From NCBI GenBank assembly GCA_963708295.1, contig CAVPSJ010000014.1, forward strand, positions 224,001-288,000: DNA of 64,000 nt. Direction: 5' to 3'. The DNA is from an uncultured delta proteobacterium. Lineage in GTDB: Bacteria; Desulfobacterota; BSN033; UBA1163. Below, piece after piece: positions 38,360-49,386 of the stretch. Under the pieces are notes generated by a model. It searched no databases, had not been told where the DNA came from, and was given only the letters and a program-made list of their open reading frames with translations. Each line of letters begins with the position of its first letter. Positions within the stretch are counted from its first letter, which is position 1. A program made the translations under genes and the position numbers.

Positions 38360-38436
38360 GTCCTCTGCCTCTTTTTCCGTTTGTATGAAATCGAGAATCC
38401 GGAATTTAGCAACCCGAAGGTACAGTAATGGATTGC

Positions 38437-39291
38437 CTAAATCGAATAGGATGAATACCCTCCATCGACGGGCACAACCACGCCGGTGACGAAACTGGAA
38501 GCATCCGAGAGCAGCCAGACGAGGGTACCGATCAGATCCTCCGGCTGGCCGAACCGGCCCATGGGCGTGTGGGCAATTGCCTTTTCACCCCGCGGCAAGA
38601 GACCGCCCGTCTTCTGATTCGTCAGCAAGAATTTATTCTGTTCGGTCATAAAAAAACCCGGCGCCAGGGCGTTGACGCGAACGCCTGTGCGCGAGAGATG
38701 GACCGCCAGCCACTGTGTGAAGTTGCTCACCGCCCCCTTGGCCGCCGAATAGGCAGGCACTTTCGTGAGCGGCGTCAAGGCACTCATGGAAGAGATGTTG
38801 ACGATCGACCCTTTGACCTTCTTGACCATTCCCTGTGAAAAGGTCTGGCTCACGAGAAACGTTCCCATGAAATTAAGGTCAAACACCTGGCGGAATCCGG
38901 TGGGATCTAGATCGAAAAACGACTGGGTTGCCGGATCAGGGGATCCTGCGGGATTGTGGAATTCTTCGGAAGTGGTGGCCCGGGGAGCATTGCCGCCAGC
39001 GCCGTTGATCAAGAAATCGGGCGGGCCCCATAAACTGCAAACCTCCTCATAGCACTCCCGGACCTGCCCCCTGTCGAGCACGTCGCACCGAAGCGCCCTG
39101 GCGGTTCCTCCGGATCCGGTGACGGCGGACGACCGGGCTTCGGCCTTCTTCAGGTCGATATCCAGCACAGCCACCTTCACGCCCATCGCGCCGAGGGCTT
39201 CGGCCATGGCGCCGCACAAATCGCCGCCGCCGGCGGTGATCGCGGCAACTTTTCCGTTAAGATCAAAATGACTCAAGAAATCGTTTTTCAT
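38437..39291 (-). CDS. SDR oxidoreductase, D-mannonate oxidoreductase (UxuB)-like
   Basis: LINGAGGN.P.ATT, SFFDLD, PLTKVPAYSAAK, NFTQWLAVH. Confidence 0.85.
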   Translation of the reverse strand: MKNDFLSHFDLNGKVAAITAGGGDLCGAMAEALGAMGVKVAVLDIDLKKAEARSSAVTGSGGTARALRCDVLDRGQVRECYEEVCSLWGPPDFLINGAGGNAPRATTSEEFHNPAGSPDPATQSFFDLDPTGFRQVFDLNFMGTFLVSQTFSQGMVKKVKGSIVNISSMSALTPLTKVPAYSAAKGAVSNFTQWLAVHLSRTGVRVNALAPGFFMTEQNKFLLTNQKTGGLLPRGEKAIAHTPMGRFGQPEDLIGTLVWLLSDASSFVTGVVVPVDGGYSSYSI

Positions 39292-39311
39292 GTTACCTCC
39301 ATTCCTGACAG

Positions 39312-40347
39312 TCAAAATCCGCCTTGCTCGCGCACAAAGGCCGTCACTTCTTCCAGGAAGGGCATGGAAATAGAGCAGCCGTGGCGGCTGGCTACCATTG
39401 CACCGCAGGCGTTCCCCAGACGACAGGCCTTCCGGAGGTCCCATCCTTTCACATGCCCGTAAAGGAACCCCGCACCGAACGCATCGCCGGCACCCAGGAT
39501 GTTCTGAATCGTTACCGCAAACCCCGGGACGTCCTCTGTCGCCCTATCGCGCTGATGAATCCGACAACCGTGCTTGCCGCGCTTCTCCACCACCACCCGG
39601 GGTCCCCTCTCCAAAAGGACGCGAACATGCTCAGCCGTGTTTCCGGTCACCCGGGCATCGGTCAACTGGGAATCGGTCATCCGGACAGCCTGGGGGTCGG
39701 TCAGCATGGCGGCATTGATTTCGTCCTCGGTGCCTAAGATGATATCTACGTAAGGAAGGGAGGAACGAACCGCTGCGCCGTAAGCTCGAGGGTCGTTCCA
39801 CTGGTCTGGCCGGAAGTCCAGGTCGAGGACTACCGTTGTGCCGGCCTTTTTGGCAAGCTCCGCTCCAAACAGGCTCGCGCTCCGGCTCGGGTCTTTGCTC
39901 AGATTCGTGCCGGCAAACTGAAAGATGCCGGTGTCCGTGACGGGAGCCGCCAATACATCGTCGATCTCCAGGGCGGTATCAGCGCAGTTATCTCGGTAAA
40001 AAACCAGTGGAAACTTGTCAGGGGGCTCGATGCTCAGGAGAACGAGGCTCGTGTGTCGGCCCGGTTTTCGCGGGCTGAATTGAATGTTCACCCCTTCTTT
40101 CTGCAGAAAATGGACAACGAAGTCACCGACGAGATCTTCACCGAAGGCGGTCAGTAACGCCGATTTCAGTCCCAGCCTTCGGCACCCAACGCTCATGTTG
40201 GTCGGGGATCCTCCGACATAAGCAGCAAAGCTTTTGATATTGACAAAATCGACCCCCACATCATTGCTGTAAAGATCCATGCAGGATCGACCCATATGAA
40301 ACGTGTCGAAAGTACGTTGAGCCTTGGCGGGAGTCCGGGTGTTTCAT
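39312..40347 (-). CDS. iolC: PfkB-family kinase, IolC-like (5-dehydro-2-deoxygluconokinase); probable 1-nt error near the start
   Basis: GRSCMDLY, YVGGSPTN, FYRDNCAD, DLDFRPDQW, GAGDAFGAG. Confidence 0.8.
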
Positions 40348-40440
40348 TCCGTGATTTTCAGTGATTCTGGCTGGCCCTATTCTAAATACCGGATAAGAAA
40401 TCCTAGTGATAACGATGGAAATTTACTCTCAGGTGAGTTG

Positions 40441-40470
40441 AATATAACGAAAAATGAAGTCGTGTGTCAA
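40441..40470 (-). promoter_or_regulatory. Putative sigma70 promoter of the sugar-acid cluster
   Basis: TTGACA-18-TATATT on the minus strand. Confidence 0.45.
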
Positions 40471-40540
40471 CCGAAAAGACCCTTCCCACCCCCAATTTTC
40501 TCTCCTATCGACAAATAGTTATCGACCAGAGGGGCGAGCT

Positions 40541-40648
40541 TTGAAGCTCGCCCCCTGGGGCGGCACTTCCCGGTAATGCACTGTCATTCGTATTGTGCCC
40601 CTTGGCTCCGCCTCTAAGGGGAAGCTTGCGGAGCACGTTCCGGCCCGA
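40541..40648 (-). mobile_element. Non-autonomous IS200/IS605-like palindromic element, copy 2 (degenerate)
   Basis: tgaagctcgccccctggggcggcacttcccgg...gtgccccttggctccgcctctaagggg..cttgcggagcacgttccggc. Confidence 0.6.
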
Positions 40649-40992
40649 ACCTTTAGAATGCGGCCAGGATCGGATGTTACGGAGGTCCTCGTCGGTATCA
40701 AGAAACAAAACCGGGTGAGGATTTGGGCGGGCCCTGAAGAGGCTTCATCGGCTCAACCGCTGCAGGGTTTGGCTGCCTGAGTTTGAAGGGGGGAGAATGG
40801 GGATCAATGTCATGAGGGCCTTGATCCGGGGTACCCTTAGCGCGAGCCTTATGAAGCCTCCGAAGGGATTTACCCGGGGGCGGGCAAGGAAAAGACCCCC
40901 TTGAAACCGTAACTCCTCCGGAGGTGTGAAAAAATTGGCTCACGTACCAAAGTCGAGAGGATGGGTGGGTTAACCATGCAATGAACGGAGGG

Positions 40993-42002
40993 TTAGCAGA
41001 TTCTCGGATATTGCCCGCCCGTCAACATGTCCAGGATCCTGTGACCGCCGATCACTGTATGGAGAATCACTCTTTTCCGATTCTCCTCTGTCACGCTTCC
41101 GATGATCGCCGCATCTCTTCCGAGGGGGTGGCTTTTCATCACTTCCAGGAGCCGTTCTGCCTCCTGGGAAGGACAGATGGCGATCAATTTTCCCTCATTG
41201 GCAAGATACAGCGGATCCAACCCCAACAGTTCGGAGATTCCCTTGACCGATTCTCGTACCGGAACTCTTTCCTCTTCGATCACCATTCCCACATTTGACG
41301 TCGAGGCAATCTCATTGAGGGTCGTGGCCAACCCGCCGCGGGTCGGATCGCGCATGCATCGGAGGGAAGGGCAGACATCCAGCATCTTTCCAGCCAGGTC
41401 GTTCAACGGGGCAAGTCACTTTCTAATTCCCCTTGAAATTTGAATCCCTCTCTCCGGGAGAGGACCGCCATCTCATGATCTCCCAGGGGGCCGTTCAAAA
41501 GAATTTTATCTCCCGGCCTGGCATTGCCCCCTGAAAGGTTGACCCCCGGCCTGATCCATCCGATTCCAGCGGTATTGATAAACAATTGATCTACGGCTCC
41601 GTGTTCCGCTACTTTGGTGTCGCCCGTGACAATCGCCACCCCTGCCTGGGCAGCCGTATCGTGAATAGAGGAGGCGATCCGTTCAAGAAGATCGATGGGG
41701 AATCCTTCTTCGATAATCAGCGAGAGACTCAAATAGGCCGGGGTAGCTCCGATCATAGACAGATCGTTCACGGTTCCGCATACGGCCAACTTTCCGATAT
41801 CGCCCCCCGGGAAAAAGATAGGGTTGACGACGTAGGAGTCCGTGGTGAAACCGATCATTCCCTGTCGATTTGTTATCTTCGCGCCGTCATCCAAAGGTTC
41901 AAGGAAAGGGTTTGAAAATTGGGGGAGAAAGATCTGCTTTATCAAGTCGTGAGAGAGTTTGCCTCCGCTCCCGTGGGCGAACAGGATCTTTTCGTCGCTC
42001 AT
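40993..42002 (-). CDS. hypE: Hydrogenase carbamoyl dehydratase (frameshift near 41410)
   Basis: HGSGG, TTDSYVV, GDTKV, MRDPTRGG, C-terminal PRIC. Confidence 0.92.
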
Positions 42003-42129
42003 AGGGTATTCTCCTTAAAGGGTTCAAGGATTCGAGGGGTCTAGGGTTCAAACACTTCATGGTCAACTATTCGATACGGTCCCTAACAAGGTCACTCGAC
42101 CGCTTGAATTCTTGAAATGAGGATTTCAC

Positions 42130-42233
42130 TCGCCGGAACGTGTCCCGCAAGCCCCCTTGTAGGCGGGGTCAAGGGACACATATGAACGAAATTTCCTTCC
42201 GGGAAGCCCCGCCCTGTGGGCGGGGAGCTTCAC
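42130..42233 (+). mobile_element. Non-autonomous IS200/IS605-like palindromic element, copy 3 (opposite orientation)
   Basis: gccggaacgtg...gaagccccgccctgtgggcggggagcttcac; sits inside a periodic repeat tract (42020-42256). Confidence 0.7.
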
Positions 42234-42255
42234 CCTGGGCCCTTGCCCCCTCGAA

Positions 42256-43333
42256 TTATTGATATTTAAAGTACGTATGGCAGGTTCCTTCGATGGAGAC
42301 CATGCAGGGACCGATCGGGTTCTCGGGATGGCAGACTTTTTTGAACAACCGGCATTCCAGAGGAGTTTTGATCCCCTGAAGCACCTCTCCGCAAAGGCAA
42401 TCCGGATGCTCTTTCACCGGTTCCACATCCACCTCGAACTTCCTGACATCCATCTCTTTGTAAGACTCTCTGAAACGGTACCCGCTGTCCGGAATCAGTC
42501 CGAGACCTCTCCAGCGGCCCTCATCCTCTTCGAAGACCTCGTAGATCTTGCTCAGGGCCGTTGGATTCCCTTCTTCGTGGACGACCCTTCGATACTGGAT
42601 CTCGACGGCCGCCCGGTCCTCTTCGATCTGTTTGACGAGCATCCAGATTCCCTGAAGGATATCCAGCGGTTCAAAGCCGGTGATCACCGCGGGTCGTCCG
42701 AACTCTCTTGCGATGAATTGATAGGGATGTGTCCCAAGGATTGTGCTCACATGGCCGGGAAGGATCAAGCCATCGATCTTCACCTGCTTTGCTTGCAGGA
42801 GCGCGATGAGGGCAGGAGGGACCCGCTTCTGGCTGTTCAAGAAAAAGAGATTCCGTAACTCTTCTTCTTTGGCCCGGAGGATCGCCACGGCAATGGTAGG
42901 GGAAGTGGTTTCGAAACCGATGGCCAGGAAGACCACTCTCTTTCCCGGGATTCTCGTTCGCTATCTTTAATGCATCGAGAGAAGAGTAAACGATTCGGAT
43001 GTCTCCTCCCTCGGCCTTCTCCTTCTGCAGGCTCGACGTCGAGCCGGGGACTCTCATCATGTCGCCGAAGGTTGCGATGATCACATCCTTCTGCCTGGAG
43101 ACGGCGATGGCGAAATCGATATCGTGATTGGGAGTGACGCAGACGGGGCAGCCCGGGCCGGAGATCAGCCGGATCTGCTCCGGAAGGATTCCTCTGATCC
43201 CGTACCGAAAGATAGAGACCGTGTGAGTTCCGCAGACCTCCATCAACTGAATGGGACGGGAGGAAGTCTCCTGGATCTTCCGGATCAGTCCTGCGGCAAT
43301 CTCTTTGTCACGAAACTCATCCATGAACTTCAT
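42256..43333 (-). CDS. hypD: Hydrogenase formation protein (frameshift near 42945)
   Basis: MEVCGTHT, GPGCPVCVT, GFETT, PGHVS, GPCMVSIEGTC. Confidence 0.93.
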
Positions 43334-43376
43334 ATCGATCCCTCAGGGTGAAATCCCCTCCTCGAGTGGTCGCGTC

Positions 43377-43595
43377 TCACGTCGCTTCCGCCAGTTGCCT
43401 CAAAAGCTCGAACGTCTCCTTTGCTTCTTCCTCATCCACCTTCTGGATCGCAAATCCCGTGTGGATGAGAACATATTCCCCTACGGAAACATCCGGACAG
43501 AGGTCGAGCGAAACCTCTCTCAAAAGACCGCCCACGTCCACCTTCGCCACATTCTTCTCAATCTCGATGACTTTTCCGGGAATCGCTAAGCACAT
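43377..43595 (-). CDS. hypC: Hydrogenase assembly chaperone
   Basis: MCLAIPGKV..VLIHTGFAI. Confidence 0.95.
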   Translation of the reverse strand: MCLAIPGKVIEIEKNVAKVDVGGLLREVSLDLCPDVSVGEYVLIHTGFAIQKVDEEEAKETFELLRQLAEAT

Positions 43596-45864
43596 TGAAA
43601 TAACCTCATCTGGGCAATCACGGCCTGTCCCAATGAAATGCCCCCATCATTGGTGGGGACAAGATGGTGGGTATAGACATCAAACCTTGAACTTCTTAAG
43701 CCCTCCGTGACGAGGGAAAGGAGAAAGATATTCTGGAAGACGCCTCCGCTCAGAACGACACGGTTCAACCCATGCCTCGGATCGAATGGCCTCGCAGGTC
43801 GCGATAATCAGGCTGGCGATCGTACGATGGAATTTCCCCGAGATGATGGATGAGGACACCCCCGCAATCATATCACGAACGATCCCTCTAATCATCTCGG
43901 TCGGATCAATCGTCATTGGGCTCTCGATCTTTCTCGGTATGGAAAGGATATTCCTCTTTCACCCCGGGGTCGGCGATCTTCTCCAGTTCGATGGCGGCCT
44001 GTCCTTCATAGCGAACTTCATCTCTGATGGATAAAAGGGATGAGACCGCATCGAAGAGGCGGCCCATGCTCGAAGTCAGCGGGCTGTTGATCTTCTTTCC
44101 GATCGCCTTTGTCAGGATGTCCCATTTCTGCAGGTCGATCCTTTTCATCAGACCGATTCTCAATCGGGTGGCTTCCTCTCCAAAGGCCTCTGAAAGATAG
44201 ACCATGGCCATTCTCCATGGTTCTTTGATGGCCATGGAACCCCCGGGCATGGGGACTTTCTTCAGATGGGCCAATCGATCAAAGTCTCTCAGATTTGCCT
44301 TAATAAATTCACCCCCCCAGAGGGTGCCGTCCAATCCAAACCCCGTCCCATCCAGCGCGACTCCGATGACGTCCCCCTCTATTCCGTTCTCCACCATCGC
44401 ACTCACGATGTGGGCGTGATGATGCTGGACGCCGATCTTCGGAATATTCGGAATCGAAAGGGCATACTGGGTGGAGAGGTAGTCCGGATGAAGGTCATAG
44501 GCGACGGCCTTGGGTTCAATGTAGAAGAGTTTCTTAAAATGTTCGATTCCTTCCTCAAAAGAGGTGAGGGTTTCGAGATTCTCGAGGTCTCCGATGTGAT
44601 GACTCAGAAAGGCGTAATTCTCGCGAGTGAGGCAAAAGGTGTTTTTCAATTCTCCCCCACAGGCCAGGATCATTTCAAGGGGGAAGGAGAGTTTGATAGG
44701 GAAAGGGACATAACCTCGTGACCTTCGAAGGATATAAGGTTTCCCTTCAAAGATCCTTGTCACCGAATCGTCACACCTCATGTGGATCTCACGGTTGTGA
44801 AAGAGGAAATAGTCGGCGATCCTGGAGAGACGGTGAAAAGCCTCTTCATTGTTATAGGAGATGGGCTCGTCACTCACATTGCCGCTTGTCATCACCAAAG
44901 TCTTGAGGGGACCGTTGAGAAGAAGGTGGTGAAGCGGCGAGTAAGGAAGCATGACTCCAAGGGTATCCTGATAAGGAGCAACCGCGCCGGCGACCGGAGA
45001 GATTTCTCTCCTTCTCAGAATGACGATGGGTCTCTCGACGCCCAGCAGTAACTTCTCCTCTTCTTCGCTGACCTCACAGTGTTCCTTCACTTCCTCAAGA
45101 TCTCGGCACATCACGGCGAAGGGTTTATCCTCTCTAAATTTTCGGGATCTCAAGGAGGAGACCGCGTCCTGATTCCTTGCGTCACAGGCAAGATGAAACC
45201 CTCCCAGGCCCTTGATCGCTACAATCCTCCCTGCCGCGAGAAGATCCAGGGTCTTCTCAACCGGATCTCCGGGGACGGCTTGACCTGCGCGATCCTCCAG
45301 TCGAAGCGAAGGACCGCAGGCAGGGCAGGCGTTCGGCTGGGCGTGAAACCGCCGGTCCCTTGGGTCTTCATACTCCTTCCGGCAGACGGGGCACATGGTG
45401 AAAGGGGCCATGGTTGTTTTATGGCGATCGTAAGGGATGTCCTGAATGATGGTGAATCTCGGGCCACAGAGGGTGCAGTTGATGAAAGGATATCGGTATC
45501 GAAAATTCCCGGGTGAGAAAAGCTCGGAAAGACACGGATCGCAGGTGGCCAGGTCGGGAGAGATGAGGACGAATTTCTCTTGAGCCTCTTCGCTCTTTCT
45601 TATTTCAAAAAGGGTGTAGCCCAGAGGTTCAAGGTATTTGATATCAAACGATTCAATCCGGGCGAGGGGTGGCGCGAGCTTGGGAATATTCTGAATGAAG
45701 ACGTCGAGGTTTCCGTCTTCGCTTTCGGCATCGATAAAAACCCCCTTTTCGTTGTTGAGGACCCACCCGCGGATGGAATAGGCTTCGGCAAGACCGTAGA
45801 TAAAGGGCCTGAACCCGATTCCTTGAACCATGCCGGTAATCTTGATCTCCGCCCGCTTCACCAC
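43586..45864 (-). CDS. hypF: Carbamoyltransferase (frameshifts near 43910 and 43770)
   Basis: Acylphosphatase GMVQGIGFRPF, zinc fingers, QHHHAH, LSGGVFQN, NDGGISLGQ. Confidence 0.93.
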
Positions 45865-46036
45865 TTATTTTTAACACTCTTTTAAGACCACTTCAATGCC
45901 GGTGTCGCGCGGCTTTGCAGCCCTATTTACATCTCGTGGGAATTCGATTAGATTGTTAAAAGGTGCTTTTCCTTCCGTGCAACAAAGAATCGTTCGAAAA
46001 CTGAGCGATTCATTTATCCCTAATCCTAGAAGAAAG

Positions 46037-48505
46037 ATGAAACGAAATCGGGTTCTTGTCACACTGACGGCCGTCTTGCTGGCGGTTGTTTCTCTCCTGA
46101 CGCTTCACCTTCACTATGAAGGCATCCGGGAAGTTCTTTCTCAGTTTGAGAAGGATCAACTCTCTTACGCCAAACATCTTTCCAACCAGATCCAATTCTA
46201 TATCCAGGCCCGTTCACGAGGATTGAGGGCCCTCTCGTCATTCGCCTCTCTCCAACACGGAGACAGGAACAGGCAGAGGCTGGATATCGAAGCTTACGCC
46301 AATAAAATAGAGAAAGTTTATGTCAAATCGATTTCGCTCTACGATGAATCGGGAACCGTCGTCTATTCCACAGATCGGGAATCCATCGGCTTGAAGAAGA
46401 GAGAAGATAAATTCTTTGCCTGGGCACAAAAAAGTGAAAACAGGGACAAAATTTCACTGACCCCCGTTCTTTCTGAACCGCAATCTCTCACGTTTATCCT
46501 TGCCATTCCCCTGTATCAGGAGGTCTCAGATTCCAGGCATCCTAAGCCGGATGGGAGATTTCGCGGTGTTCTTACGTTTACTTTAGATATGAAAGAATTT
46601 CTCGTCGATCAGTTGGGCTCCGCAGACCCTAAAATGAATCTTGATCAAGTCTGGATCATGGATAAGGACGGGACGCTCCTGTTTGAACCCGATCATCCGG
46701 AGATGGTGTTCCGAAATATCTATCAGAAAGGGGGAAGCTGCCGTTCGTGTCACCTCTCTTTTAACTACATTGAAGAGATTTTGATGAAAAGGGAAGGGAC
46801 CGCCGACTATAAGATAAAGAACCATCCAAAGAAGATCGCTGCCTTTGCTTCCATGGAGTTCGAGAATGTCTCCTGGGTGGTCGTTGTGAATACCCCCTAC
46901 GATAAGGTGACCGGTTTTGTGGACAGAAGTCTGCGAGAGCACCTGTTCCTTCTCGGGATCGTTGTCTTAGCCTTTGCGATCGGTTCTGCACTCGTCGTCC
47001 GTAAGGAACGAATGAAGATCAAGGCAGAGGAAGAGGTGTTGCGCTGGCAGGAAAAAATGGCGGATCGCAGAAAGGCGGAGGAGGCCCTGGAAGGTGAAAG
47101 GAATAAACTCAAAGGAATCCTGGATTCGATGAACGACGGCGTTTACATCGTCAACCAGCAGTATGAGATCCTCTATACGAATCCCGTGATAGAGAAAGAA
47201 TTTGGTCCGGTCAAGGGACGCAAGTGTCATGAGTACTTCTACGATCTTCCTAACGTCTGCTCCTGGTGCAAGAGCAAAGAGGTCTTTGCCGGGAAAGACG
47301 GTCCGATGGGAATGGTATTCCCTAAAAACCGGCAAGACCTACGATCTCTTTGATACACCGATGATGGGTCCGGATGGAACCCTATGCAAATTGCAGTTCA
47401 GCCGCGACATCAGCGACCGGAAGAGGGCGGAAAAGGCGCTCCGGCAAAGCGAGAAACGCTATCGCATGTTGGTCGAGACGATGAACGAAGGGCTGGGAGT
47501 GCAGAATGAGCATGGAGAGTGGATCTACGTGAATGATCGGTTCTGTGAAATGTTGGGATACTCCAGAGATGAAATGATCGGCCGGCCGGTGACGGATTTC
47601 CTTAGCGAGAATGATCGGATCATCTATAAGGAACAGGTGGCCAGGCGAAGAAGGGGGGAGCGTGAATCTTACGGGCTTTCATGGTTAAAGAAAGACGGGC
47701 AGATGATTTTTACACGGGTCTCCCCGAAGGCCATTTTTGACGAGCGCGGTCAATTTAAAGGCAGCTTTGCCGTGGTCACCGACATCACGGAGCGAAAACG
47801 AGCGGAGGAGGCGTTGAAGGAATCGGAGAAGCAGCTTCGGCATCTCTCCTCCCAGCTCTTGACGGCTCAGGAAACAGAACGAAAGCGAATTTCGAGGGAA
47901 CTCCATGATGAATTAGGACAATCCCTGACGGTCATGAAACTCCGGCTCAATTTTATCGAAAAGAATCTGTTGGAACATCAGACAGATCTCAAGCAGGAAT
48001 GTGAATATGGCATCCAGTACATCGACCAGGTCATTGAAAATATCCGTCGTCTTTCAAGGGACTTAAGCCCCACCATCCTCGAGGATTTTGGGCTCTCGGC
48101 AGCCCTTCGATGGTTGATAAACAATTTTGCCAAGAGTTACAATATCCGGGTGATTCTGGATATGATCGATATCGATTCCTTGCTTCCCCGGGATTCTCAT
48201 GTCGTCGTTTACAGAACCGTACAAGAAGCCCTGACGAATATCGGAAAGCACTCCCGAGCGAAGAATGTGTCAGATCGCCGTCAATCTGAGATGACAGCTT
48301 CGGTTCTATTTTCCATTCAGGATGACGGAATAGGATTTGATGAGAAGAGGGTAACTGCGAAAAATCCTGAAGAAAGAGGGTTGGGTTTGGCAACGATGAA
48401 GGGACGGGCGCAGATGGTAGGAGGAGTCCTCAACATACGGACCCAGGAAGGAAAAGGAACCTCATCACGTTGAGCATCCCGATGAAGCGAGGAGAAACCC
48501 GGTAA
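46037..48505 (+). CDS. Sensor histidine kinase (periplasmic Cache-like domain with CxxCH, two PAS, HisKA_3); frameshifts near 47295 and in the C-terminus
   Basis: Two TM helices; SCRSCH; RISRELHDELGQ, QEALTNIGKH, QDDGIGF, GLGLATM. Confidence 0.88.
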
Positions 48506-49155
48506 TGGCACCTTATCGCATTGCATTGGCCGATGATCATGTCTTGGTCCGGCAGGGTCTGAGAAGGATTCTCGAGGGAATGGCCGATCTGGAGGTGATC
48601 GGAGAAGCAAATGATGGCCTCGAGCTGCTCAATCTCCTGAACCAGGTGACGCCTCACATGGTGATCCTTGACATCTTCATGCCAAATCTCCGAGGAATCG
48701 AGGCGATTCATGAGATCAAGAAAATCCATCCCGACGTGAAGGTATTGATTTTGACGATGCATAAAGACAAGGAATATCTTTACCTGTCCCTCTCTGCCGG
48801 GGCAAAAGGATACTTGCTTAAAGAAGATGCGGATAAGGAACTCTTTTCTGCGATCGAGAAGGTCCGCCAGGGAAAGACTTACATCTCCCCTTACTTCTCA
48901 GAGGAGGTCGTCGATGATTTGGTGCAGATCGGCAAGGGGGATACGAAGACGATTTTTGAGATGGACCCACTGACACCCCGTGAAAGAGAGGTCTTGAAGC
49001 TGATCGCCGAGGGAAAATCGAGCAAAGAAATTGCCAATCTTCTCTTCATCAGCGTTTCCACCGTAAATAACCATCGCGCGAGTATCATGGAGAAACTGAA
49101 CTTGAATAAAGCCACCGATCTCGTCAAATACGCCATCCGAAAGGGTTATGTTTGA
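48505..49155 (+). CDS. NarL/LuxR-family response regulator
   Basis: LADDH, LDIFMP, LTPREREVLKLIAEG..HRASIMEKL. Confidence 0.94.
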   Translation: MAPYRIALADDHVLVRQGLRRILEGMADLEVIGEANDGLELLNLLNQVTPHMVILDIFMPNLRGIEAIHEIKKIHPDVKVLILTMHKDKEYLYLSLSAGAKGYLLKEDADKELFSAIEKVRQGKTYISPYFSEEVVDDLVQIGKGDTKTIFEMDPLTPREREVLKLIAEGKSSKEIANLLFISVSTVNNHRASIMEKLNLNKATDLVKYAIRKGYV

Positions 49156-49201
49156 TTCATCCTTCCCGATTCATTTCATCATTCCCTCGTTTCGGCACCC
49201 T

Positions 49202-49249
49202 ATAGTTATTTCTAATCATCCGAAAATAGTTATTTCTGGGGATTGATCC
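49202..49249 (+). promoter_or_regulatory. Putative response-regulator binding box, copy 1
   Basis: ATAGTTATTTCT twice, 24 bp apart; 41/48 identical to 52002-52049. Confidence 0.6.
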
Positions 49250-49386
49250 CGACTCCTCAACCTTGGTACAAAGGGAGCATCCTGTCGAAATATCCCAAGA
49301 TCCATGTATGTCAGCGGCGGAAGATGAGGATGGACAAAAGATAAGAGTCGGCTGCTGCATATTAAATCTAGGAAGGAGGTAAGGCT

